Sequence record: NC_030915.1
Source: Gordonia phage Orchid
Direction: 5' to 3' (one strand)
Length of the DNA stretch: 24,000 bases
The notes beneath the pieces are model-generated. The model worked only from the letters and a program-made list of their open reading frames with translations, made no database searches and had not been told where the DNA came from. A program made the translations under genes and the position numbers. Shown one piece after another: positions 1 to 8,677 of this stretch; positions within the stretch are counted from its first letter, which is position 1, and every line of letters begins with the position of its first letter.

Positions 1-378
1 TACTCGCAGACCAGCGAGCGCCCCCAGAGCCACAGCCGCCCGATGAGCGCCCATCGGTGTGCTGGTCAGCACCGCGCGCACCGTCTCGATTCCTCCGGCC
101 ACCGGGTGGGGCTGCGGCATAGGCAGTGGTGGTGCAGAATAATCGTTAATTTCCGAATTGATGATACCAGCGAATTTATTGTATGAACGGATAGCTGCAA
201 GCATCATCTTGATATTAGATGCAGATGCGCCATACTCGCGCTCATCGGTAATCCATTCAGATTGTTCGTACCCGGAACGCTGCCATTCACTAACCTTAGT
301 GACATACATGCGGATGGTATTACGTGACTTGCCTGTGCGGTTAAGCCATGCTTCAAACTCTTCAATCTGATTGGTCAT
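1..378 (-). CDS. Tyrosine recombinase/integrase, N-terminal part (truncated by window start)
   Basis: Open minus frame from ATG (cat at 376-378), preceded by AGGAGG, to the window edge: MTNQIEEFEAWLNRTGKSRNTIRMYVTKVSEWQRSGYE...PHPVAGGIETVRAVLTSTPMGAHRAAVALGALAGLRV. SAM-like N-domain pattern followed by an 'ALGALAGLR' motif like the first catalytic Arg region. Missing from the ORF track because it has no stop in the window. Confidence 0.8.
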   Translation of the reverse strand, partial: MTNQIEEFEAWLNRTGKSRNTIRMYVTKVSEWQRSGYEQSEWITDEREYGASASNIKMMLAAIRSYNKFAGIINSEINDYSAPPLPMPQPHPVAGGIETVRAVLTSTPMGAHRAAVALGALAGLRV

Positions 379-430
379 GGTTCCTCCTGTCTGCTCCGCG
401 TGAGACTCACTGTATGTCATCAGTGTCGGG

Positions 431-1087
431 CTAGTCAACCCCCGAGAGGTTGACGAACTTGGTAGCATACGTATTATGGTATTTAACTAAATCGGTGTAG
501 GTAATCGAATCACCATCACGCACGTACACATCTGCAAGCCAGCGGTTAAATAGGGTTGGTTTATCACCTGCATACCCATTAATGCCAATACGGTCTGTAA
601 CGTTGGCAAGAAGTGAACGCATTGTCCAAGTATCAGAGTTCATAGTCCAGATAAAGTTATCATTATCACTATGATTTAGTGCCACGAAATCGCCTGCAAT
701 ATCCACAGAAGGGAATGGTGTCATATTAAAGATGGTTCTACCTTCGGGAAGATTAGCCATCAAAATGGGAACGAATACACCCTTCTTTGGAATCACTGGC
801 ATGAGAAAAGTGTAATCCTCATTGTTGTTCGTTGACAGCAATACCTTAATGCTGGATTCCACATAACCGCCGGGCTGGTACCCCTCTTCAATTCCTGGGT
901 ACCAGATAACTTTTTCATCATCCACGCAAGAGAAGATGGATATCTCTTTAGGTGCATTATCTGAGTTCGTTTCATAGCTAACAGAACCGAATTCGCCATG
1001 ACCCATAGTCTCATTGGATAGAGTTAGTCCGAATAAGCTCATCAGTGGTCCGACGGTTGAAATCTTGTGACCGTGCTTATTAATCAT
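431..1087 (-). CDS. Hypothetical protein (start MINKHGHK..., internal to the 431..1129 track ORF)
   Basis: Long ORF; ATG at 1085-1087 preceded by AAGGA. Confidence 0.7.
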   Translation of the reverse strand: MINKHGHKISTVGPLMSLFGLTLSNETMGHGEFGSVSYETNSDNAPKEISIFSCVDDEKVIWYPGIEEGYQPGGYVESSIKVLLSTNNNEDYTFLMPVIPKKGVFVPILMANLPEGRTIFNMTPFPSVDIAGDFVALNHSDNDNFIWTMNSDTWTMRSLLANVTDRIGINGYAGDKPTLFNRWLADVYVRDGDSITYTDLVKYHNTYATKFVNLSGVD

Positions 1088-1244
1088 CAACCATTCCTTG
1101 ATCTTTAAATACCTGCACTGCTGATTCAAGTTCCAATTCTGATGCAGACTTAGGGATCACCTTTTTGCTCGGCGCTGGCGGCTTGGTTTTCTTTCTGGAT
1201 TTACTCGGCTTTGACTCTGGCTTGCTCTCGAATAATTCAAACAC
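1080..1244 (-). CDS. Small Lys/Ser-rich protein, 54 aa, GTG start
   Basis: Open frame VFELFESKPESKPSKSRKKTKPPAPSKKVIPKSASELELESAVQVFKDQGMVDD*. GTG overlaps the upstream TAG (TAGTG), GGAAG SD; fills the gap between neighbouring genes. Confidence 0.5.
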   Translation of the reverse strand: MFELFESKPESKPSKSRKKTKPPAPSKKVIPKSASELELESAVQVFKDQGMVDD

Positions 1245-1429
1245 TAGCTTCCAATCTGCTTGTCGTCTGGCATTGGACCATGAGCCAAATAGGCGGTATT
1301 ATATGCATTGTATGCAGAAACTACAGCGGTATCTAGTTTCTCTTTCACGTCACTGGGTAGAAAATTGCAATCAATCTCAACCTCAGTCCTCAGACCCATT
1401 TCATTGTCAATAATAACCCGAACGTTCAT
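1244..1429 (-). CDS. Hypothetical protein, 61 aa
   Basis: ORF track; overlapping operon arrangement. Confidence 0.6.
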   Translation of the reverse strand: MNVRVIIDNEMGLRTEVEIDCNFLPSDVKEKLDTAVVSAYNAYNTAYLAHGPMPDDKQIGS

Positions 1430-2145
1430 GCCAGTGCCTTAATCTCGTCAATGCTCACGTTATACATCTCAGCAAAAGTCTCGGCATCGAATCCATTTGC
1501 GAGACCCTTTTTAATGGACGCAATAGCAGTCTCGTTAAGCTTAGACTTCTTTTTCTTAGGGCCAGGTTGGGTAGGAGCCGGGGTAGGTGATGGGGTTTCC
1601 GTGGAAACACTCGGTGCCACACCAGACTGAACATTCGCTTCCGTGCCCTGTCCCGCAAGTCGAAGAGAATCCCCGGTCTGTCCCGGTCCCATAAAACCCG
1701 GCGTATCTGGCAGTTCCTCTCCGGCAACTTTAGCCTTATAGCGCTTAACGGCCAGCCGCACCACCTGGTCGGAATTCTCAAATGCGGGCGTGCAAATAAT
1801 AACTAGAGCTTCGGCAAGGCCGCGACCGACAGAGGTTTTTCCCACATATTCAACCTTGTCATTAAGCCAATTCAATTCGTCCTCTGATGAATACCAAGGT
1901 CCAAGCTTCTCGATAGCCTTTTCCCTATTGAGAATTTTACCACCGCCATTCCAGTTCATGGCTTCGGACATTACCTCATCAAGCTTAAGCCAAATTTGTT
2001 GCACTAGAGTAGGTGCCATAACGTTTTTTCTCCTGTCGTGAAATAGCTTATAGTGTTCATCTAATTCGTCCCACTGGGACCGTGCTGATTGCGAATGGTC
2101 TGCCGGTTTATTGCAAACCTGACAGTTCATTGCTACTGCTGTCAT
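1426..2145 (-). CDS. Hypothetical protein with N-terminal CxxC...H motif and Pro/Thr-rich linker
   Basis: ORF 239 aa; MNCQVCNKPADH... and PSVSTETPSPTPAPTQPGPKKKK linker. Confidence 0.7.
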   Translation of the reverse strand: MTAVAMNCQVCNKPADHSQSARSQWDELDEHYKLFHDRRKNVMAPTLVQQIWLKLDEVMSEAMNWNGGGKILNREKAIEKLGPWYSSEDELNWLNDKVEYVGKTSVGRGLAEALVIICTPAFENSDQVVRLAVKRYKAKVAGEELPDTPGFMGPGQTGDSLRLAGQGTEANVQSGVAPSVSTETPSPTPAPTQPGPKKKKSKLNETAIASIKKGLANGFDAETFAEMYNVSIDEIKALA

Positions 2146-2363
2146 AGTAAATCAGCAAATCCGCTGCGCTTAAGACTCATTTTAAGACTAGTGCTAGCTT
2201 CATGGGTCCTTAGCCATTCTTTTATACCTTCAATTTGTTTATCAACCGGTGAATCTTCAAGCTTGAGTCTAGCTAATAGTTGTCCAACAAATGCAGGTTC
2301 GGGTAATTCTTCACCAGGGAGTACGAATACACTGTCATCCCAGAGTCGATGTGAAATACCCAT
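2142..2363 (-). CDS. Hypothetical protein, 73 aa
   Basis: ORF, 4-nt overlap with the neighbouring gene. Confidence 0.6.
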   Translation of the reverse strand: MGISHRLWDDSVFVLPGEELPEPAFVGQLLARLKLEDSPVDKQIEGIKEWLRTHEASTSLKMSLKRSGFADLL

Positions 2364-2608
2364 TAATCATTATCCTTGCCTAGCTTGTATTTTTGATCAA
2401 TTTTACGCTCATCTGCTGGATTAGCATCAGTTTCTTCACAAGATGAAACATTCCATTCTTCACCAAATTCATATGGATCGAATGCACCTGCATAAGGTTC
2501 ATTATCCAGGGCAATGGTTTCAGCTTCTTCTTTATTTGGTGCAACAATAGTATACGTAGCCGACACTTCGGTAGTGATAGTAACCTGATAAACCTTATTA
2601 TCGCTCAT
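2363..2608 (-). CDS. Hypothetical protein (start MSDNKVYQVTITTE...)
   Basis: Internal start of the 2363..2659 ORF fits tight packing with the upstream gene. Confidence 0.6.
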   Translation of the reverse strand: MSDNKVYQVTITTEVSATYTIVAPNKEEAETIALDNEPYAGAFDPYEFGEEWNVSSCEETDANPADERKIDQKYKLGKDND

Positions 2609-2817
2609 TTCTTCAACCCCATCTGTACTAAGAATCCGTATACGGGTGCGCGTACCCACTCATTGTGACCGCGCAATAACACAACCTTCCAATACGTTTC
2701 GCATTCGTCACACTGCCATACGTCTCCTGGTTGTGCGTGATTTGCCTTCTGCTGAGGATCAGGCTTTTTACATTCATGAAACCCTGTGGCTTCACCCTTG
2801 CGTTTAATCCACCCCAT
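2605..2817 (-). CDS. Small zinc-ribbon-like protein (CDECETYW)
   Basis: ORF 70 aa with CxxC motif. Confidence 0.6.
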   Translation of the reverse strand: MGWIKRKGEATGFHECKKPDPQQKANHAQPGDVWQCDECETYWKVVLLRGHNEWVRAPVYGFLVQMGLKK

Positions 2818-2996
2818 TACCGCCTCCGTCGTGGCTTAGCTCGAACGCTAGATGTTTTATGGTAATACCCACACCTGCATCTATAAGTACTAGTGGGTCC
2901 AAGACCTGTCTTTGCCCATTGACCGCTAATAGCCCTATTCGCCTCATACTTATTAGTAAATCGTTGCTTGTTAGGCGTAGGGCATTTCTTAGGCAT
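2817..2996 (-). CDS. Small basic Cys-containing phage protein (start MPKKCPTPNKQRF..., alternative start 3026)
   Basis: ORF with CP.K..F..K..A / YRCRCGYYH motif pattern. Confidence 0.55.
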   Translation of the reverse strand: MPKKCPTPNKQRFTNKYEANRAISGQWAKTGLGPTSTYRCRCGYYHKTSSVRAKPRRRR

Positions 2997-3246
2997 TGCC
3001 TTTCTTTTCCGGGGGACGCCAATCATATGTCATACCCAGAATAATAAGAGCACCGGCAGACATGCCACACACAAGGCGAACAAACTGAAATCCCCACCAC
3101 CACGGTTGCCACTGCTCCAAGTATACATTGCTCAGGAACGTAAATGATACCCACAAAAATACCATAAACGCCGACATAGTGTACAAAAAACGCTTGGTAA
3201 ACCTAGTTCGGCCAATTTTATTCAGGTGCTTATCAATAGGATTCAT
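2989..3246 (-). CDS. Small membrane protein, about 2 TM helices
   Basis: Two hydrophobic segments (FLYTMSAFMVFLWVSFTFL; FVRLVCGMSAGALIILGMTY). Confidence 0.65.
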   Translation of the reverse strand: MNPIDKHLNKIGRTRFTKRFLYTMSAFMVFLWVSFTFLSNVYLEQWQPWWWGFQFVRLVCGMSAGALIILGMTYDWRPPEKKGNA

Positions 3247-3449
3247 TTCATCTCCAATGTTTCTAGTCCGAGGCTCATCATGCCAATCTTGGACTGCTTT
3301 TTTACTGCCTTACCGAAGGTGGCCGATGGTGATAATCCATGCTTACGAATATAGTCACCATAGTGTTCCATCCACTCAGCCTCGTCTACCTCTGCATCAA
3401 CAACAACCGATACCCTGAGTTTCCCCTTATCCTTCTCAGATGCCGACAT
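3243..3449 (-). CDS. Hypothetical protein, 68 aa
   Basis: ORF overlapping both neighbours. Confidence 0.55.
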   Translation of the reverse strand: MSASEKDKGKLRVSVVVDAEVDEAEWMEHYGDYIRKHGLSPSATFGKAVKKQSKIGMMSLGLETLEMK

Positions 3450-5640
3450 TATTAATCCTCTTCTCGATTTCCTTAAGAACCGATTTAAGGTCAGTTGGAT
3501 CGGTAACTAGTACGGTATCCATTCCTACCTCATTCGGTGAATCGGTTTCAAGCCCTACGCCAAGCATTGCAATTCCAAGTCTGCGCAGAATCTTAATTTC
3601 TTTCTGAACAATAGGGATCTCTTCGTCGCGTAGAGTGGCAGGAATTTCGCCATCTGTAAAGTAGATGAGCAATTTCTTTCGTGCTCTCGACTTTTCTAGC
3701 ACCTTACGATACACCTGCAAGTTGTGTCCATCAAGGCTACCTGCTGCGGGAATTAATGAAAGGCACTTTTCTTTGGCTACATTATCCCACGGTTCGTTGA
3801 TAGTTTTGCAAGGCAATAGAACCTGATTAATTCGACCTGTAGCATGACCAGTGCGGTGACCATATAGTGAGAAATTAACGTCTACCTTTTGCAGAAGCTC
3901 GGCGGTAGAATATCCAATGTGAATAATGTTCTTGTATAGACCGTTAGAACTCGTGGAACTAGAAAGGTCTAGTCCAATGCATACCTCAAAGTCAACACCT
4001 TGTGCGCGGAGCTTCTTTTTAAAGATACGCTCATCATCTCCCCATGCACGCTTTCCCAGTATTGCCCCGTCAACCTTTCCCTTTGTAAGATTACGGTAGT
4101 TCTTGTCAAGCTTTGATTCAGAAAATACACGCCTAGCATGAATAACAGAAGAGGCAATACTCATCATGTTAGGCGGGTCAACTGGCTTGAATCTTTTTTG
4201 TCGAAGGTTCTCGATAGGATTTACATACACCAATTCACCGACGAGCTTGGTGTACTCATCATAATTCTCAACCTGAGAAATGATAGCAGTAAGATTTTCT
4301 TTACTTACTTCCAGATCATTGAAGTCAATTCGATCATCATTGGCTTCATTAGATTGAACTTCGGAAGTTTTTACATGAATTGTACACTGATGGGGTGAAC
4401 CTATTTGCTCGGGGGAAGGAGCTTGTTCACTAGGAACTGGTGAATTTTGTCCGCCGTTTCCGGTGCCATCGTCGGGAATATCGTCTTTATTAGACTCGGT
4501 AGTGCTATCGCCATCAGACTTATCGTTGCTATCGGACTGTGATAAATCCTGCCCTGATTGACGATCATCAGTATCGTCTGAATTCCCAGAACTATTGTCA
4601 TGCTCATTGTTACCAGTATTGCGTTTTGTCTGCTCACCCTCATCCCTAGAAGAATTCGAGCTATCAGCAGTACCCTGGTCGTCTGCATCCACGGCAGTTT
4701 CGTCTGCTCTATCAGAGCTTCCAGTTCCGTCTGTGGATTCTCCTGATTCACCTCCTGATTCGTTTCCGTCGTCTCTCCCTGGTTCCGATTGTTGTTCGTC
4801 ATCTTCTTCCTGAAAAAATCCGTGCTGCTTCATGAATCCAACAAAAGCCACACTCATGAGCACAGCGTGCATAGGATTTACAAATGGTATATTCTGAGAT
4901 TCTTCAATGAAATTGCGTACAGGAGCAACAACCTTAGGATCGAAATGTTTTTCAATCTCGTGGCCTTGCGCAGCAAACAGCCAGGCACTAAACGATTGAA
5001 TATCTACATGCCTGGACTTCCAGAACGTAATCTTGCCGTCTAGGTCTTCTATACCATTAACAAGAATATTCTCAGCGTCGTGCCATACCATAGTAGCAAA
5101 TCCGGGCTGAGCAATAGTTACCAATTCTTCCATTCGGTAATCTTCAAAGAAATTCCAGCCTTGGCCCACGTAAGGATTGAGCTTATTCGCTAGCTCAACA
5201 GCTTGCATGTAACGATTCTTTTCTCGAATTCGCTTTTGCAACTTAGAAGCATAAGAAATGCCACCGAACTCTACGGCAATGTCCGAGATTTCAGATTGAT
5301 ATTCAAGAGGATCAATCTGAAAATTCAGAGAGTTAAAAATAATATGCCCTAGTTCATGATGCAGATTGGTGTACAGTTCCTCGATCCTGCGGCACCCCGG
5401 GCACAGTTCACGATGATCATCGCCACGCTGATAGCACAGATTGCGTACATGCTCAGGCTTGTGGGCCAGGGTCAGCGGAGGCGTCAGGAAAATAGTCTTA
5501 CCATCAGTTTGTGTAACCGGACCGGCTTTAACTTCCACCCTTTTGCCAGCAAGAGAACTGGCGAAAGAAGAAAGGCTTGGCCTAATTCGATTGAATTCCT
5601 TGACTACCCGTACTGCACGTTCTTCTTTTGTTTCATTCAA
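3436..5640 (-). CDS. Metallopeptidase-like (HELGH) + VWA domain protein, DUF2201/CobT-like architecture
   Basis: 734 aa: CYQRGDDHRELCPGC, then LHHELGHIIFNSLNF (aa ~95-99), a long acidic/Ser/Asn/Gly linker, and C-terminal VCIGLDLSSSTSS (MIDAS DxSxS) with YFTDGEIP...GVGLET typical of VWA. Confidence 0.8.
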   Translation of the reverse strand: MNETKEERAVRVVKEFNRIRPSLSSFASSLAGKRVEVKAGPVTQTDGKTIFLTPPLTLAHKPEHVRNLCYQRGDDHRELCPGCRRIEELYTNLHHELGHIIFNSLNFQIDPLEYQSEISDIAVEFGGISYASKLQKRIREKNRYMQAVELANKLNPYVGQGWNFFEDYRMEELVTIAQPGFATMVWHDAENILVNGIEDLDGKITFWKSRHVDIQSFSAWLFAAQGHEIEKHFDPKVVAPVRNFIEESQNIPFVNPMHAVLMSVAFVGFMKQHGFFQEEDDEQQSEPGRDDGNESGGESGESTDGTGSSDRADETAVDADDQGTADSSNSSRDEGEQTKRNTGNNEHDNSSGNSDDTDDRQSGQDLSQSDSNDKSDGDSTTESNKDDIPDDGTGNGGQNSPVPSEQAPSPEQIGSPHQCTIHVKTSEVQSNEANDDRIDFNDLEVSKENLTAIISQVENYDEYTKLVGELVYVNPIENLRQKRFKPVDPPNMMSIASSVIHARRVFSESKLDKNYRNLTKGKVDGAILGKRAWGDDERIFKKKLRAQGVDFEVCIGLDLSSSTSSNGLYKNIIHIGYSTAELLQKVDVNFSLYGHRTGHATGRINQVLLPCKTINEPWDNVAKEKCLSLIPAAGSLDGHNLQVYRKVLEKSRARKKLLIYFTDGEIPATLRDEEIPIVQKEIKILRRLGIAMLGVGLETDSPNEVGMDTVLVTDPTDLKSVLKEIEKRINNVGI

Positions 5641-5975
5641 TTGATACCTCCCATTGCCGACTTTTGGTGCTGAGCGAATGCACCAGTCACGATACCATTG
5701 ATTACCAGGTCCATACTACCTTCGGGAACCGAGGAAATAACTCGATCATTAACAATGATATCCCATTGATCGAACTGGTCTCGTCCGTCCACCAGGTGGG
5801 TGATATGGCGAACCTTGAACTTCAATCCGGTTTTAGCTTGTGCAACACCAATCTTGTAACGGATCGAATCAAGCAAGGTGGTAAATTCACCGGGGCCAGG
5901 AACGGTATAAAAACCGCCCACATCTTCTTTGATCTCTACATCAATGGCATCAAAAACAACCTGACGATTAGGCAT
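5637..5975 (-). CDS. Hypothetical protein, 112 aa
   Basis: ORF with 4-nt overlap. Confidence 0.6.
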   Translation of the reverse strand: MPNRQVVFDAIDVEIKEDVGGFYTVPGPGEFTTLLDSIRYKIGVAQAKTGLKFKVRHITHLVDGRDQFDQWDIIVNDRVISSVPEGSMDLVINGIVTGAFAQHQKSAMGGIN

Positions 5976-6264
5976 TATTAACTCCTAGTACGATATGTCC
6001 GAAATCTGATACAACCTTATTGTACATCTTAATACGTTCTTCTAGATCGCTTGCCAGCTTTTCAACCCTCATCTTTTCTGGCGAGTTGTCGTTAACAATA
6101 GTCAGCGTATCCTTTACCTTTCTAGCCATAAGCAAAGCTTCATCGAGGATTATGACCGGAACAAACACAGACTCAGTGAGAATCATCTGCGTAAGAATAG
6201 CCACAATATCTTCAACACTTGGGTTGCTTAAATTGGGTACCTCTGGCATTGGAACATTACTCAT
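5968..6264 (-). CDS. Hypothetical protein, 98 aa
   Basis: ORF; start overlaps upstream stop (GAGTAATG). Confidence 0.6.
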   Translation of the reverse strand: MSNVPMPEVPNLSNPSVEDIVAILTQMILTESVFVPVIILDEALLMARKVKDTLTIVNDNSPEKMRVEKLASDLEERIKMYNKVVSDFGHIVLGVNNA

Positions 6265-6433
6265 ATCTTTTCCTTAGCTCATCCGGTGAAAACGACCATT
6301 CCATCCCGTCAATCCAGTCATATTCAATAATTACTCTGTCGCCTTCTACTCTGACAATTTCGCCTTTGTTATTAGAAGGTGCTCTGGTTTTTACCTCCAC
6401 CTTAGTACCGGGTCTACAATTTTTAAGCTTCAT
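6257..6433 (-). CDS. Small SH3/KOW-like protein, 58 aa
   Basis: Hand translation: MKLKNCRPGTKVEVKTRAPSNNKGEIVRVEGDRVIIEYDWIDGMEWSFSPDELRKRYE*. AAGGA SD; overlaps both neighbours. Below the ORF-track size cutoff. Confidence 0.65.
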   Translation of the reverse strand: MKLKNCRPGTKVEVKTRAPSNNKGEIVRVEGDRVIIEYDWIDGMEWSFSPDELRKRYE

Positions 6434-6585
6434 GCTTTTTCCTTATATTGTTCACATTCACATTCAAAGCAATAGCTTGTTTGCATTCCGCATGGACAAC
6501 CTTCATGGTCTAAATGGGCGTGTCCACAAATACAATTAGGAAGTTTTTCATCTGGATCACTTGGATCACAATAGCAGATAGTCAT
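6430..6585 (-). CDS. Small Cys-rich (zinc-binding) protein, 51 aa
   Basis: Hand translation: MTICYCDPSDPDEKLPNCICGHAHLDHEGCPCGMQTSYCFECECEQYKEKA*. ATGA overlap with the next gene. Confidence 0.6.
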   Translation of the reverse strand: MTICYCDPSDPDEKLPNCICGHAHLDHEGCPCGMQTSYCFECECEQYKEKA

Positions 6586-7025
6586 TAGAAATGCTGTCCA
6601 GCCTTGCGCTTTGTGGCTAAAACCTCGGAGTAGTGACGGTTCTCTTCCAGGAGTTCCTTCACGGAATTAAGAGCACCGAAAGACCGGTCATTAAAATCAT
6701 CATAGGTAGATGCAATATCTACCAAGGTTTTGAGCAGAGGCTCAGAAATGGCAACCTTGTCACTATCATGCAGTGCCGTGTACAGCATATCAGCCAGGAT
6801 GGCATAAGGGAAGGCTAGAAATGCATCAGGCAATCCAGTAACAGTAATTGGTTCACGCGGAATCTTGTCCAGATTATCGTAATCCGTAGCCTGAACCGAA
6901 TTAGCGGTATTATTCATTATCAATTGCAGATTAAAATGCTTACGCTCTCTTTCGCTCTGCTGATACATGCCATATGCAGACTGAATACCATGAGCAACAG
7001 CAACAAGAATACCTGTAAAGTTCAT
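6585..7025 (-). CDS. Hypothetical protein (start MNFTGILVAVAHG..., not the 7079 start)
   Basis: Strong SD GGAGGAAAT directly before ATG at 7023-7025. Confidence 0.7.
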   Translation of the reverse strand: MNFTGILVAVAHGIQSAYGMYQQSERERKHFNLQLIMNNTANSVQATDYDNLDKIPREPITVTGLPDAFLAFPYAILADMLYTALHDSDKVAISEPLLKTLVDIASTYDDFNDRSFGALNSVKELLEENRHYSEVLATKRKAGQHF

Positions 7026-7075
7026 ATTTCCTCCAAAAAGCCAGCTTTTATTTTGTCCGATATTTGAGAGACCTA

Positions 7076-8677
7076 TCACCGTGAATTACTCTTAACAATC
7101 CCCAATACAATTTCCCCTGAGTCTGGATCAATAAAGTCCACGATAGCTAGCCTAAAGCAATCAACGATATTGAAATACTGAGTAGCCAATGCCACCTTAA
7201 TTGTCTGTGCAGTTCCCCACCTAAATGGCAATGTGTCGCTAGCAGACTGAGCACGAATAACATTGACAATTCTACTGATAGTGTTGTACAGGGAAGTTGG
7301 CAGTGCATATCCATCGGTGAGGCAGCGTTCCATAATGATTTGCTTTTCAGTCGCTGCATCTGGTGGTGGTACATAAATGTGCATCAATCGACGTGCATCA
7401 GCATCTCCAATTTCATGAGTACCCACATTGAGAATGTCCCACACAGGATTCATTGCCATGCCGAAATAGCAATGCTCATTCTTCGGAATCTTCTGACCTT
7501 TATCCATATCCAATACAAGTTGCTTGGAATTGTCGGTGAGTGGTCGGAAGAATTGCCATACATCAGGCGGTCCAACGTTAGGCTCATCAATTACCAGAAC
7601 GCAGCGAGAATTCCAAGCCTTGGGAATAACACCCATTTGAAAATAGGTACCAATATCCTTGGCGTACTCAGTCTTTCCAGCCAGGTGGTCGATATCCGTG
7701 GAGTTATTAATAGACACACGGCGAAATGGTAGCTGCATCTGGTAAGCAATAAACCTAAATGCTTCTGTCTTTCCTACGCCTGCCGTACCGGAAAGGCTCG
7801 GAGTAAACCCCATCTTCCATAGTGCAAGCATTCTGTAGAGCAATCCAAGGTGGTCTAGATATAGCTCGGGGTGCTCATCATCGCCAGGACGTGGGATATT
7901 TTTCCTGTCCTCGTCATTGAATGACGACGGATTGAAGATGGGCATCATAATATAGCGTGTTCCATTAGGTTCGGTAACCTTACGCCACGCCTGAATGCCG
8001 TGAATCTTCTTATCTTCTTCGCTTACCAATTGATCAGTCTGGTAATCTAGCGGATCATCGAATTTCATATTCTCTGGCGCAATATCTAGAACCATGTCAG
8101 GAAAGATATCTACCGTTGCGATATTGTTGTCACTGTTTGGACCCTTAACACCCTTATGGCAAGTGCGAGCAATAGGGGCACCTTGTCCCGGAAGAATAAG
8201 GGTGCCGTACACAGTACAAGCGGGCAGGGTAGATTCCACACCAATTTCTGCGGACACCGCGTTAATAGGTGCTCGTCTAAATGCACAGAATGCACATGAT
8301 GCAGGCTTTTCTTGGTCGCTGTTTCGTGGCCCCGGATCAAATGTCGGAATACCTAGGGTAATCCACTTGTGGTTATACTCTGCTGGTTCTGAATTGATAG
8401 CGGGAGAAATTGCCGATGTTTCCCATTCATCGCAATTGCTAGCAATACTGTCCTGAATCTTTATAGTGTTTTCTGGACTATCATTAGTGTTGGAAATAAT
8501 TCTACCGAACTTAGCACATACGTCATTGCCAACAGTGTCATTAAAAAGCCGTGCTCCAACCTCAGGCTTTTTACCGTCGATAAAGTGAATGCATGTACGG
8601 CAGTTCTTTTGCAGCTTTGCTTGACCATCGGGCGCTGGTGCTACATTAGGCACACTAGGCATACTAGTCATCGTCAC
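7076..8677 (-). CDS. MoxR-like AAA+ ATPase with N-terminal Cys-rich region
   Basis: Walker A GTAGVGKTEAF, Walker B CVLVIDEPNV, sensor GMAMNP, GDADARR; N-terminal CRTCIHF and CAFCAFRR Cys motifs. Confidence 0.85.
   Translation of the reverse strand: MTMTSMPSVPNVAPAPDGQAKLQKNCRTCIHFIDGKKPEVGARLFNDTVGNDVCAKFGRIISNTNDSPENTIKIQDSIASNCDEWETSAISPAINSEPAEYNHKWITLGIPTFDPGPRNSDQEKPASCAFCAFRRAPINAVSAEIGVESTLPACTVYGTLILPGQGAPIARTCHKGVKGPNSDNNIATVDIFPDMVLDIAPENMKFDDPLDYQTDQLVSEEDKKIHGIQAWRKVTEPNGTRYIMMPIFNPSSFNDEDRKNIPRPGDDEHPELYLDHLGLLYRMLALWKMGFTPSLSGTAGVGKTEAFRFIAYQMQLPFRRVSINNSTDIDHLAGKTEYAKDIGTYFQMGVIPKAWNSRCVLVIDEPNVGPPDVWQFFRPLTDNSKQLVLDMDKGQKIPKNEHCYFGMAMNPVWDILNVGTHEIGDADARRLMHIYVPPPDAATEKQIIMERCLTDGYALPTSLYNTISRIVNVIRAQSASDTLPFRWGTAQTIKVALATQYFNIVDCFRLAIVDFIDPDSGEIVLGIVKSNSR

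Noticed and set aside
158-370. Plus-strand ORF 158..370
   Set aside because: Antisense to the clearly coding tyrosine recombinase frame.
4595-4813. Plus-strand Ser/Pro-rich ORF and minus-strand 4401..4802 ORF
   Set aside because: Alternative-frame readings of the low-complexity acidic linker of the 734-aa VWA protein.
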